64,000 nucleotides of DNA, from positions 11,228 to 75,227 of the forward strand of contig CAZFGR010000008.1 of assembly GCA_964518475.1 (NCBI GenBank), in the 5' to 3' direction. The position numbers and the translations under genes are program-made. The stretch comes from an uncultured Nitrososphaerota archaeon. Its GTDB lineage: Archaea > Asgardarchaeota > Njordarchaeia > Njordarchaeales > Njordarchaeaceae. Below the pieces are notes generated by a model. That model was not told the origin of the DNA and did not search any database. It saw only the letters and a list, made by a program, of their open reading frames with translations. Positions 31,290 to 41,762 of the stretch are shown here, piece after piece (positions within the stretch are counted from its first letter, which is position 1; every line of letters starts with the position of its first letter).

Positions 31290-33026
31290 TCATAATTCTC
31301 TTAGCTCATAATAAGTGTTGAGTGCGTGTTTAAATTCTTCTTTGCTCAGTCTACGTTCTTCTGTTCCGATTTTGATAGGTTCTTTAAAGAATCTTTCTGG
31401 AAGATAGTCTTTGGAAAGACCAGTTTTTTCATTAAAGTTTCTGGCTAAAGAAACTATCTCTTTCAGAGCATTCCTGAAGTTTTCGTAACTTATGTTAAAC
31501 CCAGTCACGGTATTATAGAGTTTCCACATGAGTTCTAGGGACATGATATCTCTAGAAAACTTGCACAGTATTAGACTATCGAAACCCGTCATAAAGTCCT
31601 CAAATTCCACGAGTTTGGCGATTTTTCTTCTACTTAGATCATTCGGGGGGCCTGCTAGACCCTTAATATCAACGTAATAAGCCATCATTCTTAAGTGGCA
31701 GGCACCTCTCTGAGACGTAGCGTAGGCAAGAGCCATTCCTTTTAATGTTCTAGGATCATAGCCAGGGGGCTCGAGTCCTCTTACGTGCACAGCTATGTTT
31801 TCAAGTCCCAGCTTTTTTGCTGCCTTGGCTACACCATTAGCTAGTAAATCTCCGATGCCCCGACGATACGTTATATCCTCTATTAACTGGATTGCTTTTT
31901 CCACATCTCCATAGCTTATTTCAAGCGAGAGTTTTCCTCTCTTAGAAGCCTCAGCGGCAAAACCAAGGACGTTACCTAGGGTTATCGTGTCTAACCCATA
32001 AGCATCCGCTAGATAGTTAAGGTATACCAATTCTCCTAAATCATCTATTCCGAACAGACCGCCAAGAGCAAAAATGGTTTCATACTCTGGCCCATCCATC
32101 TCGATTTTTCCCCACTTAGTCTGTACGCTAACGTACCTACCACAAGCAATAAAACAGTTCCAACAAGCATATGTGCGTTGCAGAATAGACTTCACAGCCT
32201 CGGGACCAATATTCTCCCAACGCTCAAAACGACCTTGTGACCAGTAATATGTAGGAAAGAATCCCATCTCATTAGCTAATGCAACCATAGCTGAGGTTCC
32301 ATACTCATGCATGCGTTGGATGCCAGGAGTTTTGTTCCGTGCATCTATTAATCCCTTAATGAGATCCTCAAGTTCTCCTGGATTCGCTGGCTCGATCCAA
32401 TTATCTCCACTGACAAAGACCAGTGCTTTAAGATTTTTAGATCCCATGACAGCTCCACCGCCACACCTCCCAGCCTGTCTCCATTTATCGACACATATGG
32501 ATGCGAAGTATACCTTGTTCTCTCCCGCTGGACCAATTGTAGCTATGCTTGCTTTTTGCCCGTGTTCTCTTCTTAGAGCTTCATCAGCTTCATCAACCTT
32601 CATGCCCCATAAATCCCTAGCATCCCTAAACTCTATCCCATCCTCCGTGAAGAGAATATACACGGGTTTCTCAGATCTTCCAACTATTATTACTACGTCA
32701 TATCCAACCCATTTTGGGTATTTAGGTAGAGAACCCCCGACAAAAGATTCCCCATACCCACCCGTAAGAGGTGAGCGAAAAACGAAAGCCACCTTGGAAG
32801 TCATCGGTACTCTAGTCCCATTCAATGGGCCAGCCGCCATAATAAATGGCTGCTCAGGAGCCAAGAGATCAGCATCCACTCTGGCTAATTCAAGAAGATA
32901 ATAAGCCCCAAAACCTTTCCCACCAATAAAACGTCTAGCCAAGCCTTCTTTAAGCTCCTCGACACGCCATTGCTTTTTAGAAAGATCAATAAACAATGTT
33001 TTCCCAGTATATCCATGCAAGACCAA
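31290..33026 (-). CDS. aor: Tungsten aldehyde:ferredoxin oxidoreductase family (second copy)
   Basis: GRCGGGAVMGSKNLKA, CWNCFIAC, GPEYET, GLDTI, RGACH. Confidence 0.92.
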   Translation of the reverse strand: MVLHGYTGKTLFIDLSKKQWRVEELKEGLARRFIGGKGFGAYYLLELARVDADLLAPEQPFIMAAGPLNGTRVPMTSKVAFVFRSPLTGGYGESFVGGSLPKYPKWVGYDVVIIVGRSEKPVYILFTEDGIEFRDARDLWGMKVDEADEALRREHGQKASIATIGPAGENKVYFASICVDKWRQAGRCGGGAVMGSKNLKALVFVSGDNWIEPANPGELEDLIKGLIDARNKTPGIQRMHEYGTSAMVALANEMGFFPTYYWSQGRFERWENIGPEAVKSILQRTYACWNCFIACGRYVSVQTKWGKIEMDGPEYETIFALGGLFGIDDLGELVYLNYLADAYGLDTITLGNVLGFAAEASKRGKLSLEISYGDVEKAIQLIEDITYRRGIGDLLANGVAKAAKKLGLENIAVHVRGLEPPGYDPRTLKGMALAYATSQRGACHLRMMAYYVDIKGLAGPPNDLSRRKIAKLVEFEDFMTGFDSLILCKFSRDIMSLELMWKLYNTVTGFNISYENFRNALKEIVSLARNFNEKTGLSKDYLPERFFKEPIKIGTEERRLSKEEFKHALNTYYELREL

Positions 33027-33262
33027 ACACCTATGAAAAACAATCTAATGAAAGCTCAGAAAAATACCAAACTTAAGAATTACTAATAAACAAGCTGAGA
33101 CTGAGAATATGAATTACCCTAATACCTTCGATTTTAATTATTTCTTCCAACTTATTACTTTGTCTACTCATGAGAGAAACTTAACGAAGTGATAAAACTA
33201 TATAGGAGAAAACATTCCTGACCTATTTTGGTTCGAGAAGACGTAAAACATAGTTAGGATGG

Positions 33263-33982
33263 TTGTTCACCATGAATAGACTTGATTACGTGTTTCTCAT
33301 CGGTGCTGCAACACCCATAATAATTGGAATCCTTTTAGCAATTTTCACAGATTTTGTAGCTCCCACTAGTGGCGTTGCTGTAGCTTTTCTCGACTTGATA
33401 ATAAATGTTATAGGTTTCCTCGGGTACATTGGCATCTTCGTACTAGCGTTTCTCGATATCGTAGTTCCTGGATTTTTAGGGGAACTTTTTTTGCCTTTTG
33501 TGGGATTCCTAGTAGCTAACAAGCAGTTAAATTACATACTATGCGTCTTGATGGCCTCCCTAGGCAATGTCCTAGGAATGTTCGTTATATACCTTCTAAG
33601 CCTCCATTACGGTCGGCTATTCATCATAAAGTACGGAAAATACTTATTAATGGATAGGCGACATATAGAGCTGACCGAAGAACTATTCAACAAATATGGT
33701 GAGATTGCTGTAATGTTCGGGAGAATACTACCCGTCTATAGAGAGCTCGTATCTGTTCCAGCGGGTCTTGCCAGAATGAGAGTATCGAAATTCTTCATAT
33801 TCACATTCATCGGTTGTTTTGTCTGGGACGCAATACTTATCTACACGGGATCTCTACTAGGAGAGCACTACGTAATCATCAAGTACTGGCTAGATAAACT
33901 TGATATTTTCATATGGATATCAGCGATAATAACTATTATATGGTTCATAATCAAGGGAAGAATAGAGCAGCAAAAGGGCTAA
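33263..33982 (+). CDS. DedA family membrane protein
   Basis: ELFLPFVGFL, FNKYG..AVMFGRILP, SVPAG, FTFIGCFVW. Confidence 0.88.
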   Translation: MFTMNRLDYVFLIGAATPIIIGILLAIFTDFVAPTSGVAVAFLDLIINVIGFLGYIGIFVLAFLDIVVPGFLGELFLPFVGFLVANKQLNYILCVLMASLGNVLGMFVIYLLSLHYGRLFIIKYGKYLLMDRRHIELTEELFNKYGEIAVMFGRILPVYRELVSVPAGLARMRVSKFFIFTFIGCFVWDAILIYTGSLLGEHYVIIKYWLDKLDIFIWISAIITIIWFIIKGRIEQQKG

Positions 33983-34067
33983 ACCAGAAAAAACGCTCAC
34001 CATATTCTAAATAAAAAACGTGAAAACAAGTTTGTAAAAAAAGGGAAGGAACTTAGCATAAGTTCCC

Positions 34068-34424
34068 TTAGGACCTTTTCGCTATTCTCAGTCCTATGTA
34101 TCCAAATATTATTCCAGTGATTATTGCTATTATAGTTATTATTAAGATGAATATATCTAGGAACGAGTATGCTACAAGTATTATTAGAGCGAATAATTGA
34201 AGATTTCCTTGCAGGTAATTCAAGAGTAACGGAATTATATAGGGAGATAAGTAAATCCAAGGAGCTGTTAGGAACCCTATTGCCCCGCCACCCTTCTTAG
34301 ACGCTGCTAGTAAAGAACCGATAATTATTCCTAGAAACATTCCAGCTAACTCGTGAACCATCGCTACGGGTATACCTACGACATAGCTAATTAACCAACC
34401 AGCCAGAAAACTTTTCTTAGTCAT
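34068..34424 (-). CDS. Small multi-TM membrane protein
   Basis: Gly-rich hydrophobic helices. Confidence 0.6.
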   Translation of the reverse strand: MTKKSFLAGWLISYVVGIPVAMVHELAGMFLGIIIGSLLAASKKGGGAIGFLTAPWIYLSPYIIPLLLNYLQGNLQLFALIILVAYSFLDIFILIITIIAIITGIIFGYIGLRIAKRS

Positions 34425-34426
34425 TT

Positions 34427-35422
34427 CTAATACCTCCTCCTCACAACATATACCAATACTACAGCCATTATTACCCCAACGATCACGAACGTAGTGTAAG
34501 CTGGCAATCCAATTATCTTATCAATAAGTGTTCTCCCGCCAACCATTACGGTTCCGGATTTCTCCAGTGTCAATCCACCACTTATATCCGTGGACACCTC
34601 TAAGTCGCTATTTCCTGTACTACTTCCTAGCACGTATGGAACCACCTTCAGTAACCACCCAGATCTCTTCTCATAGTAAAAGTCCACTCCAAAATCAAGA
34701 CTAGGTGGCAAATCTATAGGTACGCCATTGATTAATTCTATAACTTCTAGTATGTCTTGTGCCGTGATTTTAACTACCCACGCAGAGAAAGTACCTTCTG
34801 GAACACTAACACTATCTTCTCCTGCGATTGTCCCATTAATTATTAGTCCCTTCTTAGCTGTTTCATTATATACTCCATATGGTATTTTATCGCCAACTCC
34901 AGAATTTATTGGGATATAGAAAGGATTATAGATATAGAAGCCTGGAACTGGTTTATTGTACGGTAATCTTCTTATTATTTCAGAAAAACTAGTGTTTTGC
35001 AATCCACCTCCCAAAACATCGAGAATTATCTGTGTAAGATATATTTTCCTAGTACCTACTTTCACAGCTAGAATAGGAGGGACAGGCACTTGCAGTTCTG
35101 CTTGAGAAGTTATAGTGTTGTTCTCCTTCACAACGTATGAAATACTCACATTCGCGCCCCATGCATAGTGATTAAGATCCAATCGCTTACTAACAAGCAT
35201 TATAGAGCCATTAATTGATATTCTGAGATCGTACACATATTCTCGCGCTGATGTATTATACGCACTTATGTGCCCAGATATTTTGATATCGTATATCACG
35301 TTATTAGGCGAGAAAACAGTCATTTCATAAGCTGGTGCTGCTACTGTTACAGTTATAGGACTAATAAATAAGATCACTAAAAGTGTTACATACAAAACTA
35401 TACTTCGCATTTTTCTCAACAC
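34427..35422 (-). CDS. Secreted protein with C-terminal TM anchor and basic tail
   Basis: Signal peptide; C-terminal TM followed by VRRRY. Confidence 0.7.
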   Translation of the reverse strand: MLRKMRSIVLYVTLLVILFISPITVTVAAPAYEMTVFSPNNVIYDIKISGHISAYNTSAREYVYDLRISINGSIMLVSKRLDLNHYAWGANVSISYVVKENNTITSQAELQVPVPPILAVKVGTRKIYLTQIILDVLGGGLQNTSFSEIIRRLPYNKPVPGFYIYNPFYIPINSGVGDKIPYGVYNETAKKGLIINGTIAGEDSVSVPEGTFSAWVVKITAQDILEVIELINGVPIDLPPSLDFGVDFYYEKRSGWLLKVVPYVLGSSTGNSDLEVSTDISGGLTLEKSGTVMVGGRTLIDKIIGLPAYTTFVIVGVIMAVVLVYVVRRRY

Positions 35423-35564
35423 ATTTTATTAAAAGCAATAAAATAAAAGGAGTTTAGAGTATATAAAGACATCTGTGCTAGTGTTGAAAGTATGAGTACA
35501 AAAGCAAAACCTTTTATTTTGTATTAACTTATATATGGTGACTAATTATAAATAGCTATTAAAA

Positions 35565-36572
35565 GTGCTCGGAATGCGCGTGCATCGTCGTGTTATTCTT
35601 GCTGTATTAATGATTGGTCTCTTCTTTATCGTCGCAGCATATTCTTTCACTAATTGGTTTTTGTCAAGCAAGTTGGTTGAGGAGAAAACATATCTCTTCA
35701 GTGGAGACTTCTCCTTTTATGTTTGTAAAGCATACATCCATGATCCACCAGGGGACCACAGTTTCCAGAATTTCACGATAATCCTTAACAATTCCGAGTA
35801 CATAGTTAGGGCCTACCTAAATATTTCAGCTAGTGATGGAGCAAAAGTCGTAGCTACCTACACACCACCAGAGGACTCCGAGGAATGGTACTTTACTTCT
35901 GTATTGGGAAAAGACAATTATTTCTACATATCGGAAACTGTGGAAAAACCCAGTGAAACGATTCAAATGAGAACTAGATCTAGCATAGTGACTAATTATA
36001 CCAAGTATATGGGACCCACAAGGATAGTAAATAATACTATCTACTCAGGTGCAACTTTTTGGGGATTCAGGATTAGACTAAAGTACAAGCTATATCATGT
36101 AAAAATAATCAATAGATTCAGAGAAAAAGTCGATGAGTACTTACTCTTCGAGTTTTCTCCATACCTTGTAAGCGAAGTACTGACGTCTTTCGATAGAACA
36201 GTTTCTACGTTATCAGATAAGAAAGTCTATGAAGTGTTCGACTCAGCCTACAAAGGTCTATTCGAGAAACTTATTGATGAATACCAATTTAATGGTACAC
36301 CCGTATATTCTCCTGTATATTCTTACGAGAATTTCCAGGGAGCACCAATATCCTTCAAGGTCGGAAAGATCATTACGCGGGATCGCACCCTATCGATAGT
36401 TCTTACCCAGATCGTTGAAACAAGAGGTTTAGCAGCCAAAGCTTCCTTCGTTCTCAACGATGACGAAAGAGATGATTACCATGACGTAGAGGTTTACCAA
36501 GACCCATTCTTCCCATGCTTAGTATTCAAGGTAGTGAATGCAAAATCAACAAACCCTGACGAGATGTACTAA
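35565..36572 (+). CDS. Hypothetical secreted/membrane-anchored protein
   Basis: N-terminal TM and several N-x-S/T sequons. Confidence 0.65.
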   Translation: MLGMRVHRRVILAVLMIGLFFIVAAYSFTNWFLSSKLVEEKTYLFSGDFSFYVCKAYIHDPPGDHSFQNFTIILNNSEYIVRAYLNISASDGAKVVATYTPPEDSEEWYFTSVLGKDNYFYISETVEKPSETIQMRTRSSIVTNYTKYMGPTRIVNNTIYSGATFWGFRIRLKYKLYHVKIINRFREKVDEYLLFEFSPYLVSEVLTSFDRTVSTLSDKKVYEVFDSAYKGLFEKLIDEYQFNGTPVYSPVYSYENFQGAPISFKVGKIITRDRTLSIVLTQIVETRGLAAKASFVLNDDERDDYHDVEVYQDPFFPCLVFKVVNAKSTNPDEMY

Positions 36573-36727
36573 AATCACCAATATTTTTACTTGTGGTAAA
36601 AAATTTTCTCATCACTATTTTTTCGAAGTTAGGTAATTACTCTAATTATTAAAATGGGAAAATATCCAAACTTTTTATTCATTTACAGTTTTTCTACATC
36701 ATGATTCATCGTTTCGGGTGATTACGT

Positions 36728-37951
36728 TTGTTCGCAATAAAAGCTACTACTCTATTTGATGGAGTAACTAAGCGCGAAAACGTCTATATAGTTATTGAGG
36801 GAAACAAGATTGTTAAGATTGCGGAGAAAAAACCAGATACTGAAATACTGTTCGAGGGGGTAGTAACTCCTGCTTTTATCGATGGTCACAGCCACATTGG
36901 AATGGCGAGGCATGGAGAACCATCCGACGAAGAAGAAACTAATGAACCCGCGGACATCTTCTTACCCACACTGAATCCTCTAGATAGTATCTATTTCGAT
37001 GACAAATATTTCCAAGACGCTATAGAGTTTGGTGTTTTATACTCTTGCGTAACTCCTGGAAGCGGTAACTTGTTAGGAGGTAGAGCATTAATAATAAGAA
37101 ATTTTGCAAAGGCTAGGGACGAGGCTCTTGTTAGGGATCATGGATACAAAATGGCTCTCGGTTTCAATCCGAGAAGCACTTGGGAATGGAAAGGAAAGAG
37201 ATACAAGACTCGAATGGGAGTCTATGATCTCCTCAGAACAGAATTAACGAACGTTCTAAGGAAGAAGAGGAAGCTTGAGATTGAGAAGAAGGAAGAGCTT
37301 AGAGAAGCCAAGAAAAAACTTGATAAAGGAGAGATTACCAAGGAAGAGTATGAGGAAATCGTGAGAGATGCGGAAGAAAAAATGAAGCTCGAATTCGAAC
37401 CGTATGAGAAAGCCTTGTTAGAAATTCTTGAGAGAAAGAAAGTTTTAAAGACACATGTTCATAAGGAAGACGACGTGCTATTCCTGATAGAGCTTGTCAA
37501 AGAATTCAACCTACGAAGCACAGCCGATCACCTAGGAGATGTGCACAGAGTAGAGATCTTCAGAAAATTAAAGGATGCCGGAATTCCAATAGTGTATGGT
37601 CCAATAGACTCCTTCGCATACAAGACAGAGTTAAAGCACGATACCTACAAAAATGTGAAGGCCCTGATAGAGTCTGGTGCCAAGTATACACTTATGACCG
37701 ACCACCCAGTAGTGCTTGCAAGAAATCTACATCTCCAGTTGAGATACTTCTTAATGTATGGAGTAAGCGAGGAAAAAGCAATATCAATAATAACTAAGGA
37801 AGCCGCAGAGATCCTCGGCATATCAGATATCTTAGGAACTATCGAGCCAGGAAAATTAGCAAGCCTAGTAGTATGGAATACAAACCCATTCTACCTAGGC
37901 GCCCACCCCATCGCGGTAATTGCGGAAGGAGAAGTAATATACAAAGTATAA
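36728..37951 (+). CDS. Metal-dependent amidohydrolase
   Basis: PAFIDGHSHIG, KMALGFNP, HVH, TDHPV, GTIEPGKLASLVVW. Confidence 0.9.
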   Translation: MFAIKATTLFDGVTKRENVYIVIEGNKIVKIAEKKPDTEILFEGVVTPAFIDGHSHIGMARHGEPSDEEETNEPADIFLPTLNPLDSIYFDDKYFQDAIEFGVLYSCVTPGSGNLLGGRALIIRNFAKARDEALVRDHGYKMALGFNPRSTWEWKGKRYKTRMGVYDLLRTELTNVLRKKRKLEIEKKEELREAKKKLDKGEITKEEYEEIVRDAEEKMKLEFEPYEKALLEILERKKVLKTHVHKEDDVLFLIELVKEFNLRSTADHLGDVHRVEIFRKLKDAGIPIVYGPIDSFAYKTELKHDTYKNVKALIESGAKYTLMTDHPVVLARNLHLQLRYFLMYGVSEEKAISIITKEAAEILGISDILGTIEPGKLASLVVWNTNPFYLGAHPIAVIAEGEVIYKV

Positions 37952-37972
37952 TTTCCTCTTTAATTTCTTATT

Positions 37973-38941
37973 TTAGACCCCTAGTCCGTGCTTCCATAGA
38001 GTTAATGGTGCTGCCTCGTTTGGGAATGAATCCAATTGCTTACCCTTCCCCAACATATTTAATAAATTTCCAATAGGCTTAGCCGCGGTGATAATTGTTA
38101 TCATAATCGCTACTAGACCTGCCCATTGCCCCCATTTCTTCTTAGCGAATTCCTCTACCTTCTTAATACTCCACTTTTCCTCTCCAGCATATACCCGAGG
38201 AATAAGTGTTGCGAACCATCTATCAACCGGGAATTCTCTGTAATCCCTTTTTCCAAGAACCTTGGCTAGTCTAGCCGAGTACTGGCCTATCCCCTTAATT
38301 TCTAGGAGATCAGGCTCTTCTTCTCTGATAAACGCTTTTGCCGCATTTAGAAACGTCTTCTCCCTATAACCAACGCCACATCTTCTTAAAGACTTCGACC
38401 TTTCAATTATTGTTCTTGGTGTAGGATACGTGTAAAATACTGCATCGCATTTGGGAATCCTTACTTCTTCTCCGAGATTTTTCCTTATCAGAGATAACAT
38501 TCTCCAGCCTTGCTTGAAGCTAGCGTTTTGTTGAGATATACTTATCAAAACACCTTGCCATAGATTCTGAACCCCCCTCATGTGTATACCATACAGATTC
38601 TTGCTCAGAGGATCTAGGAGAGGATCACCTCTACATAATTCATAAAACTCGGTTAAATCCTCCTTAAGCCCCATAATAAATTCCGTATCACGGATAGCAC
38701 TCTCTATTAGAGTGGAATCATGAGAAACCGAATAAACATCCGCCTTAATCAGACTATTGCTGAGACTCAGTTTTACAACGACGGGATAATCATCGTAACT
38801 CAATACAATATATGCGTGCTCACCATCATACTCATAAGGCATCGCATAACAAGCCGCGGTCAAATGGAAATTATACGGTCCAAACCATTTCAGTTTGGTA
38901 CTATACACAAAATCCAGCAACATAAAGACCCTCTCGTTCAC
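37973..38941 (-). CDS. AlkA/Ogg-like HhH-GPD DNA glycosylase
   Basis: SISQQN, YPTP, GVGYR, LLEIKGIGQYSA, FPVDRW. Confidence 0.82.
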   Translation of the reverse strand: MNERVFMLLDFVYSTKLKWFGPYNFHLTAACYAMPYEYDGEHAYIVLSYDDYPVVVKLSLSNSLIKADVYSVSHDSTLIESAIRDTEFIMGLKEDLTEFYELCRGDPLLDPLSKNLYGIHMRGVQNLWQGVLISISQQNASFKQGWRMLSLIRKNLGEEVRIPKCDAVFYTYPTPRTIIERSKSLRRCGVGYREKTFLNAAKAFIREEEPDLLEIKGIGQYSARLAKVLGKRDYREFPVDRWFATLIPRVYAGEEKWSIKKVEEFAKKKWGQWAGLVAIMITIITAAKPIGNLLNMLGKGKQLDSFPNEAAPLTLWKHGLGV

Positions 38942-39183
38942 GAATTAATTAGGTCTAATAAAAAAAGATTCAAAAGAGAAATGTTCTAAGTAATCATGTA
39001 TAGATAGATAATTAATCTTGATGCATAGTGAATAACTAGGGGCAAAAGAATACTTCTCTTCATATTCACTTTATAAACAACGCTTATCCCAGAACTAAAT
39101 ATTATCAAGGAGAGAGTTTGGAAAAAGGATAAGAATAATTAAACCTTTTAAAAAAGGAGAAATGAGAGCAGAGCATCTTGCCT

Positions 39184-40608
39184 CTAGAATCCTGGTGTTA
39201 TCAGGTCGCCTCCGCCTCCTGTACCTCCACCGCCCCCTCCATATCCCAGCTCGTCAATGAAGATGCTCGTCAAAGGCACGTAGAAACTCTTCCCATACCT
39301 ATCAAAGTACCATCGCGTACCAGTGGAGTAGACATAGACATTAATCGTCGTACCCTCCGCCCCATCAAGACAGACCCAGAAACCATAGAACTCGACACCA
39401 ACCGTCAGATAAGTAAGAATAAATGACGGGTCGAAGGGAACCACGTAGCCGAGGAATTTCAAGATGAGATTGATAGGCACGCCTACGGATACCTCATTAA
39501 CGGAGACGCCGAAGATATGGCTACCAACGTCCTTAGCAGTAAAATCATTGGGTGAATCCCATACATCACCGGTATCGTTGTGTTCTCCTGTCCCTATGTA
39601 TGTCTTGTACAATGTCTTGTCGAATCCCTCTGGCTCGACAAAATAATTGAACCTCCACGATATCTCGTTTGTCTCGAAATCCTTCACATAGACCTTCTCA
39701 ACATCGTACAGATGCCTCCCAGTCCAATAGTCGAAATAACTCCATTTCTCATAGGCAATAGTAACATTAACATAAAACGTCAAAGCATACCTAATAGAGG
39801 GATCGTAAATACCAAGAGTCTCGCAAAAATCATTCGTCCAAATAACCTTAGAATCAACGTCACTGAATTTCCTCTGGACAGTCAATCCACCTATATGATA
39901 CTCGGTCTCCACACCTGTCGTGACACTATACGCCAACTCCCAACCAGACGATGAACCAACAATAAAATATACCGATGGGTCGACGACTAGGGTGTCTTCA
40001 TCAATCGTAGTGTCCTTCTCCAGCGAGTTATCGTCAAGCAGAATGGATAAGAGGGGAAACATTACGTTGGTCCATTCCTCATAATCCGTCAAGACCGGAA
40101 CCGGGGCCTCCAAGAACGAGTTAGTACTGATCTCAGCGGATGCCCTTAAGTACTCGCTGGGCGTACTCCTATCGTGAACCCATGTTGGTTTGAGTACGAC
40201 TCTCCTATACACGTATTCCCTAGACAGGGGATCCACCAAGATGGTGTTTCCTAGACTCGCTACAATCTTGGTCTCGTTCACCCAGACAGCATCAATCATG
40301 ATTGCGATTCTAAAACCACGAGCCAATCCACGCCTAGAAACATACTCCCTCCAAGACTTAAACAGCTTGGCCTTATCAATCCTCACCCTCAAAGTGCCGG
40401 TATCCGTCGTCTCATTAACCACTATAATCGGCCTCGCCTCCCCAGGAGGTTGAGGAATAGTTACTAGAATCCTAGCCCCACTCAAGACTTTACCATCCTC
40501 ACCAGTAACGACTATAACAATGTCGGCTCTGTCATACAGAGTAGTGAGGGAGAGAGAGGGTATGATCATCGCCACGATGATCATCGTGGCGATGATCATA
40601 TTTTTCAT
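39184..40608 (-). CDS. Secreted hypothetical protein with Gly-rich C-terminus (GC-richer than its flanks)
   Basis: Signal peptide, carboxypeptidase-regulatory-like start (VVTGEDGKVLSGARILV) and tail GGGGGGTGGGGDLITPGF. Confidence 0.7.
   Translation of the reverse strand: MKNMIIATMIIVAMIIPSLSLTTLYDRADIVIVVTGEDGKVLSGARILVTIPQPPGEARPIIVVNETTDTGTLRVRIDKAKLFKSWREYVSRRGLARGFRIAIMIDAVWVNETKIVASLGNTILVDPLSREYVYRRVVLKPTWVHDRSTPSEYLRASAEISTNSFLEAPVPVLTDYEEWTNVMFPLLSILLDDNSLEKDTTIDEDTLVVDPSVYFIVGSSSGWELAYSVTTGVETEYHIGGLTVQRKFSDVDSKVIWTNDFCETLGIYDPSIRYALTFYVNVTIAYEKWSYFDYWTGRHLYDVEKVYVKDFETNEISWRFNYFVEPEGFDKTLYKTYIGTGEHNDTGDVWDSPNDFTAKDVGSHIFGVSVNEVSVGVPINLILKFLGYVVPFDPSFILTYLTVGVEFYGFWVCLDGAEGTTINVYVYSTGTRWYFDRYGKSFYVPLTSIFIDELGYGGGGGGTGGGGDLITPGF
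40561..40600. repeat. Perfect 40-bp palindrome
   Basis: TATGATCATCGCCACGATGATCATCGTGGCGATGATCATA equals its own reverse complement. Confidence 0.95.
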
Positions 40609-40745
40609 GAAAAGGCACCTTTTTAAAAAAAAGCGAGATTTTTTCTTGAAATATCCTTGTTATTGATAACAGAAAAATGATAATAAAAAGGTTTTTTTAA
40701 CAATTATTTGTTAACTCCCTTATGTATGTGTTTGGAGGTATGTTT

Positions 40746-41738
40746 ATGCGAAAGATATATGTTGGAATAGATGTTGGGGCTACATGGACGAGGCTTGGAT
40801 TAGCGGATTCTGGTAAGATTCTCCAGACGGCAAAAATAAGAACGCCTAGAAGAGGGGGAGAGTTAGTTAACGTATTGATTGAAAGCACTTACAAGTTATT
40901 ATCGAGGCTAGATAAGAAGGGAGTAAGGCTGGAAAGTATAGGTATAGGCTCTATCGGGCCTCTTGATCTCAGAAGAGGTGCTTTAAAGAATCCACCTAAT
41001 TTACCAGTAGGAGAGGTGGAGATTGCAAAACCACTTAGAGATGAGTTTGGTGTTCCAGTATATCTCCTTAATGATTGCTCTGCGGCGGTGATTGGGGAGA
41101 AATTCTTTGGCCGTGGTAAGAATATTTCTAATCTCGTCTACATAACCATAAGCACTGGGATTGGTGGAGGGGCTATAGTAGATGATCACTTACTTCTTGG
41201 TAAAGATGGTAATGCTGTTGAGGTAGGGCATATAGTCGTTGATTTTGAGGGTAGATTACGGTGTGGTTGTGGTGGTTATGGTCATTGGGAGGCTTACGCT
41301 TCTGGCAATAATATACCTAGGTTCGCTAAATGGCTTATCGAGAACAAGTATACCGATCTTTTAGAACAAAGCATGCTCCGCAACCTCATTAAGAATAATC
41401 TCGAAGAATTGGACGCCAAAACAATATATAGTGCTGCTAGGAAAGGTGATGAATTAGCATTGAAGATCGTAGATGAGATAAACAGGATAAACGCTGCTGG
41501 TATAGCAAGTGTGGTAAATATTTATGATCCAGAACTCATTACTCTCGGAGGAGGTGTCTTGCTCAACAATAAAGACTTAATACTCCCACGCGTCATGGAA
41601 CTCTTACCTACTTATGCCACTAACAGAATTCCTCGAATAGAAATAACATCTCTTGGGGATGAAATTGTTCTGTATGGAGCAATAGCTCTTGCAATGAATC
41701 CAGACGTCATTCCAGAAGAATTTAGAAAATGGGAATAG
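40746..41738 (+). CDS. ROK-family sugar kinase (glucokinase-like)
   Basis: GIDVGAT, LLND, ISTGIGGG, EVGH, CGCGGYGHWEAYASG. Confidence 0.92.
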   Translation: MRKIYVGIDVGATWTRLGLADSGKILQTAKIRTPRRGGELVNVLIESTYKLLSRLDKKGVRLESIGIGSIGPLDLRRGALKNPPNLPVGEVEIAKPLRDEFGVPVYLLNDCSAAVIGEKFFGRGKNISNLVYITISTGIGGGAIVDDHLLLGKDGNAVEVGHIVVDFEGRLRCGCGGYGHWEAYASGNNIPRFAKWLIENKYTDLLEQSMLRNLIKNNLEELDAKTIYSAARKGDELALKIVDEINRINAAGIASVVNIYDPELITLGGGVLLNNKDLILPRVMELLPTYATNRIPRIEITSLGDEIVLYGAIALAMNPDVIPEEFRKWE

Positions 41739-41762
41739 AGATAAAAAAAAATAATGAAATTC

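Noticed and set aside
32311-32901. Long antisense ORFs (e.g. 196 aa opposite aor, and many 60-120 aa shadows)
   Set aside because: They lie opposite well-supported genes and have no recognisable motifs.
37255-37390. Charged insertion (GEITKEEYEE) in the amidohydrolase as a novel domain fusion
   Set aside because: It is a short helical insert in a variable region of this family; there is too little evidence for a separate function.
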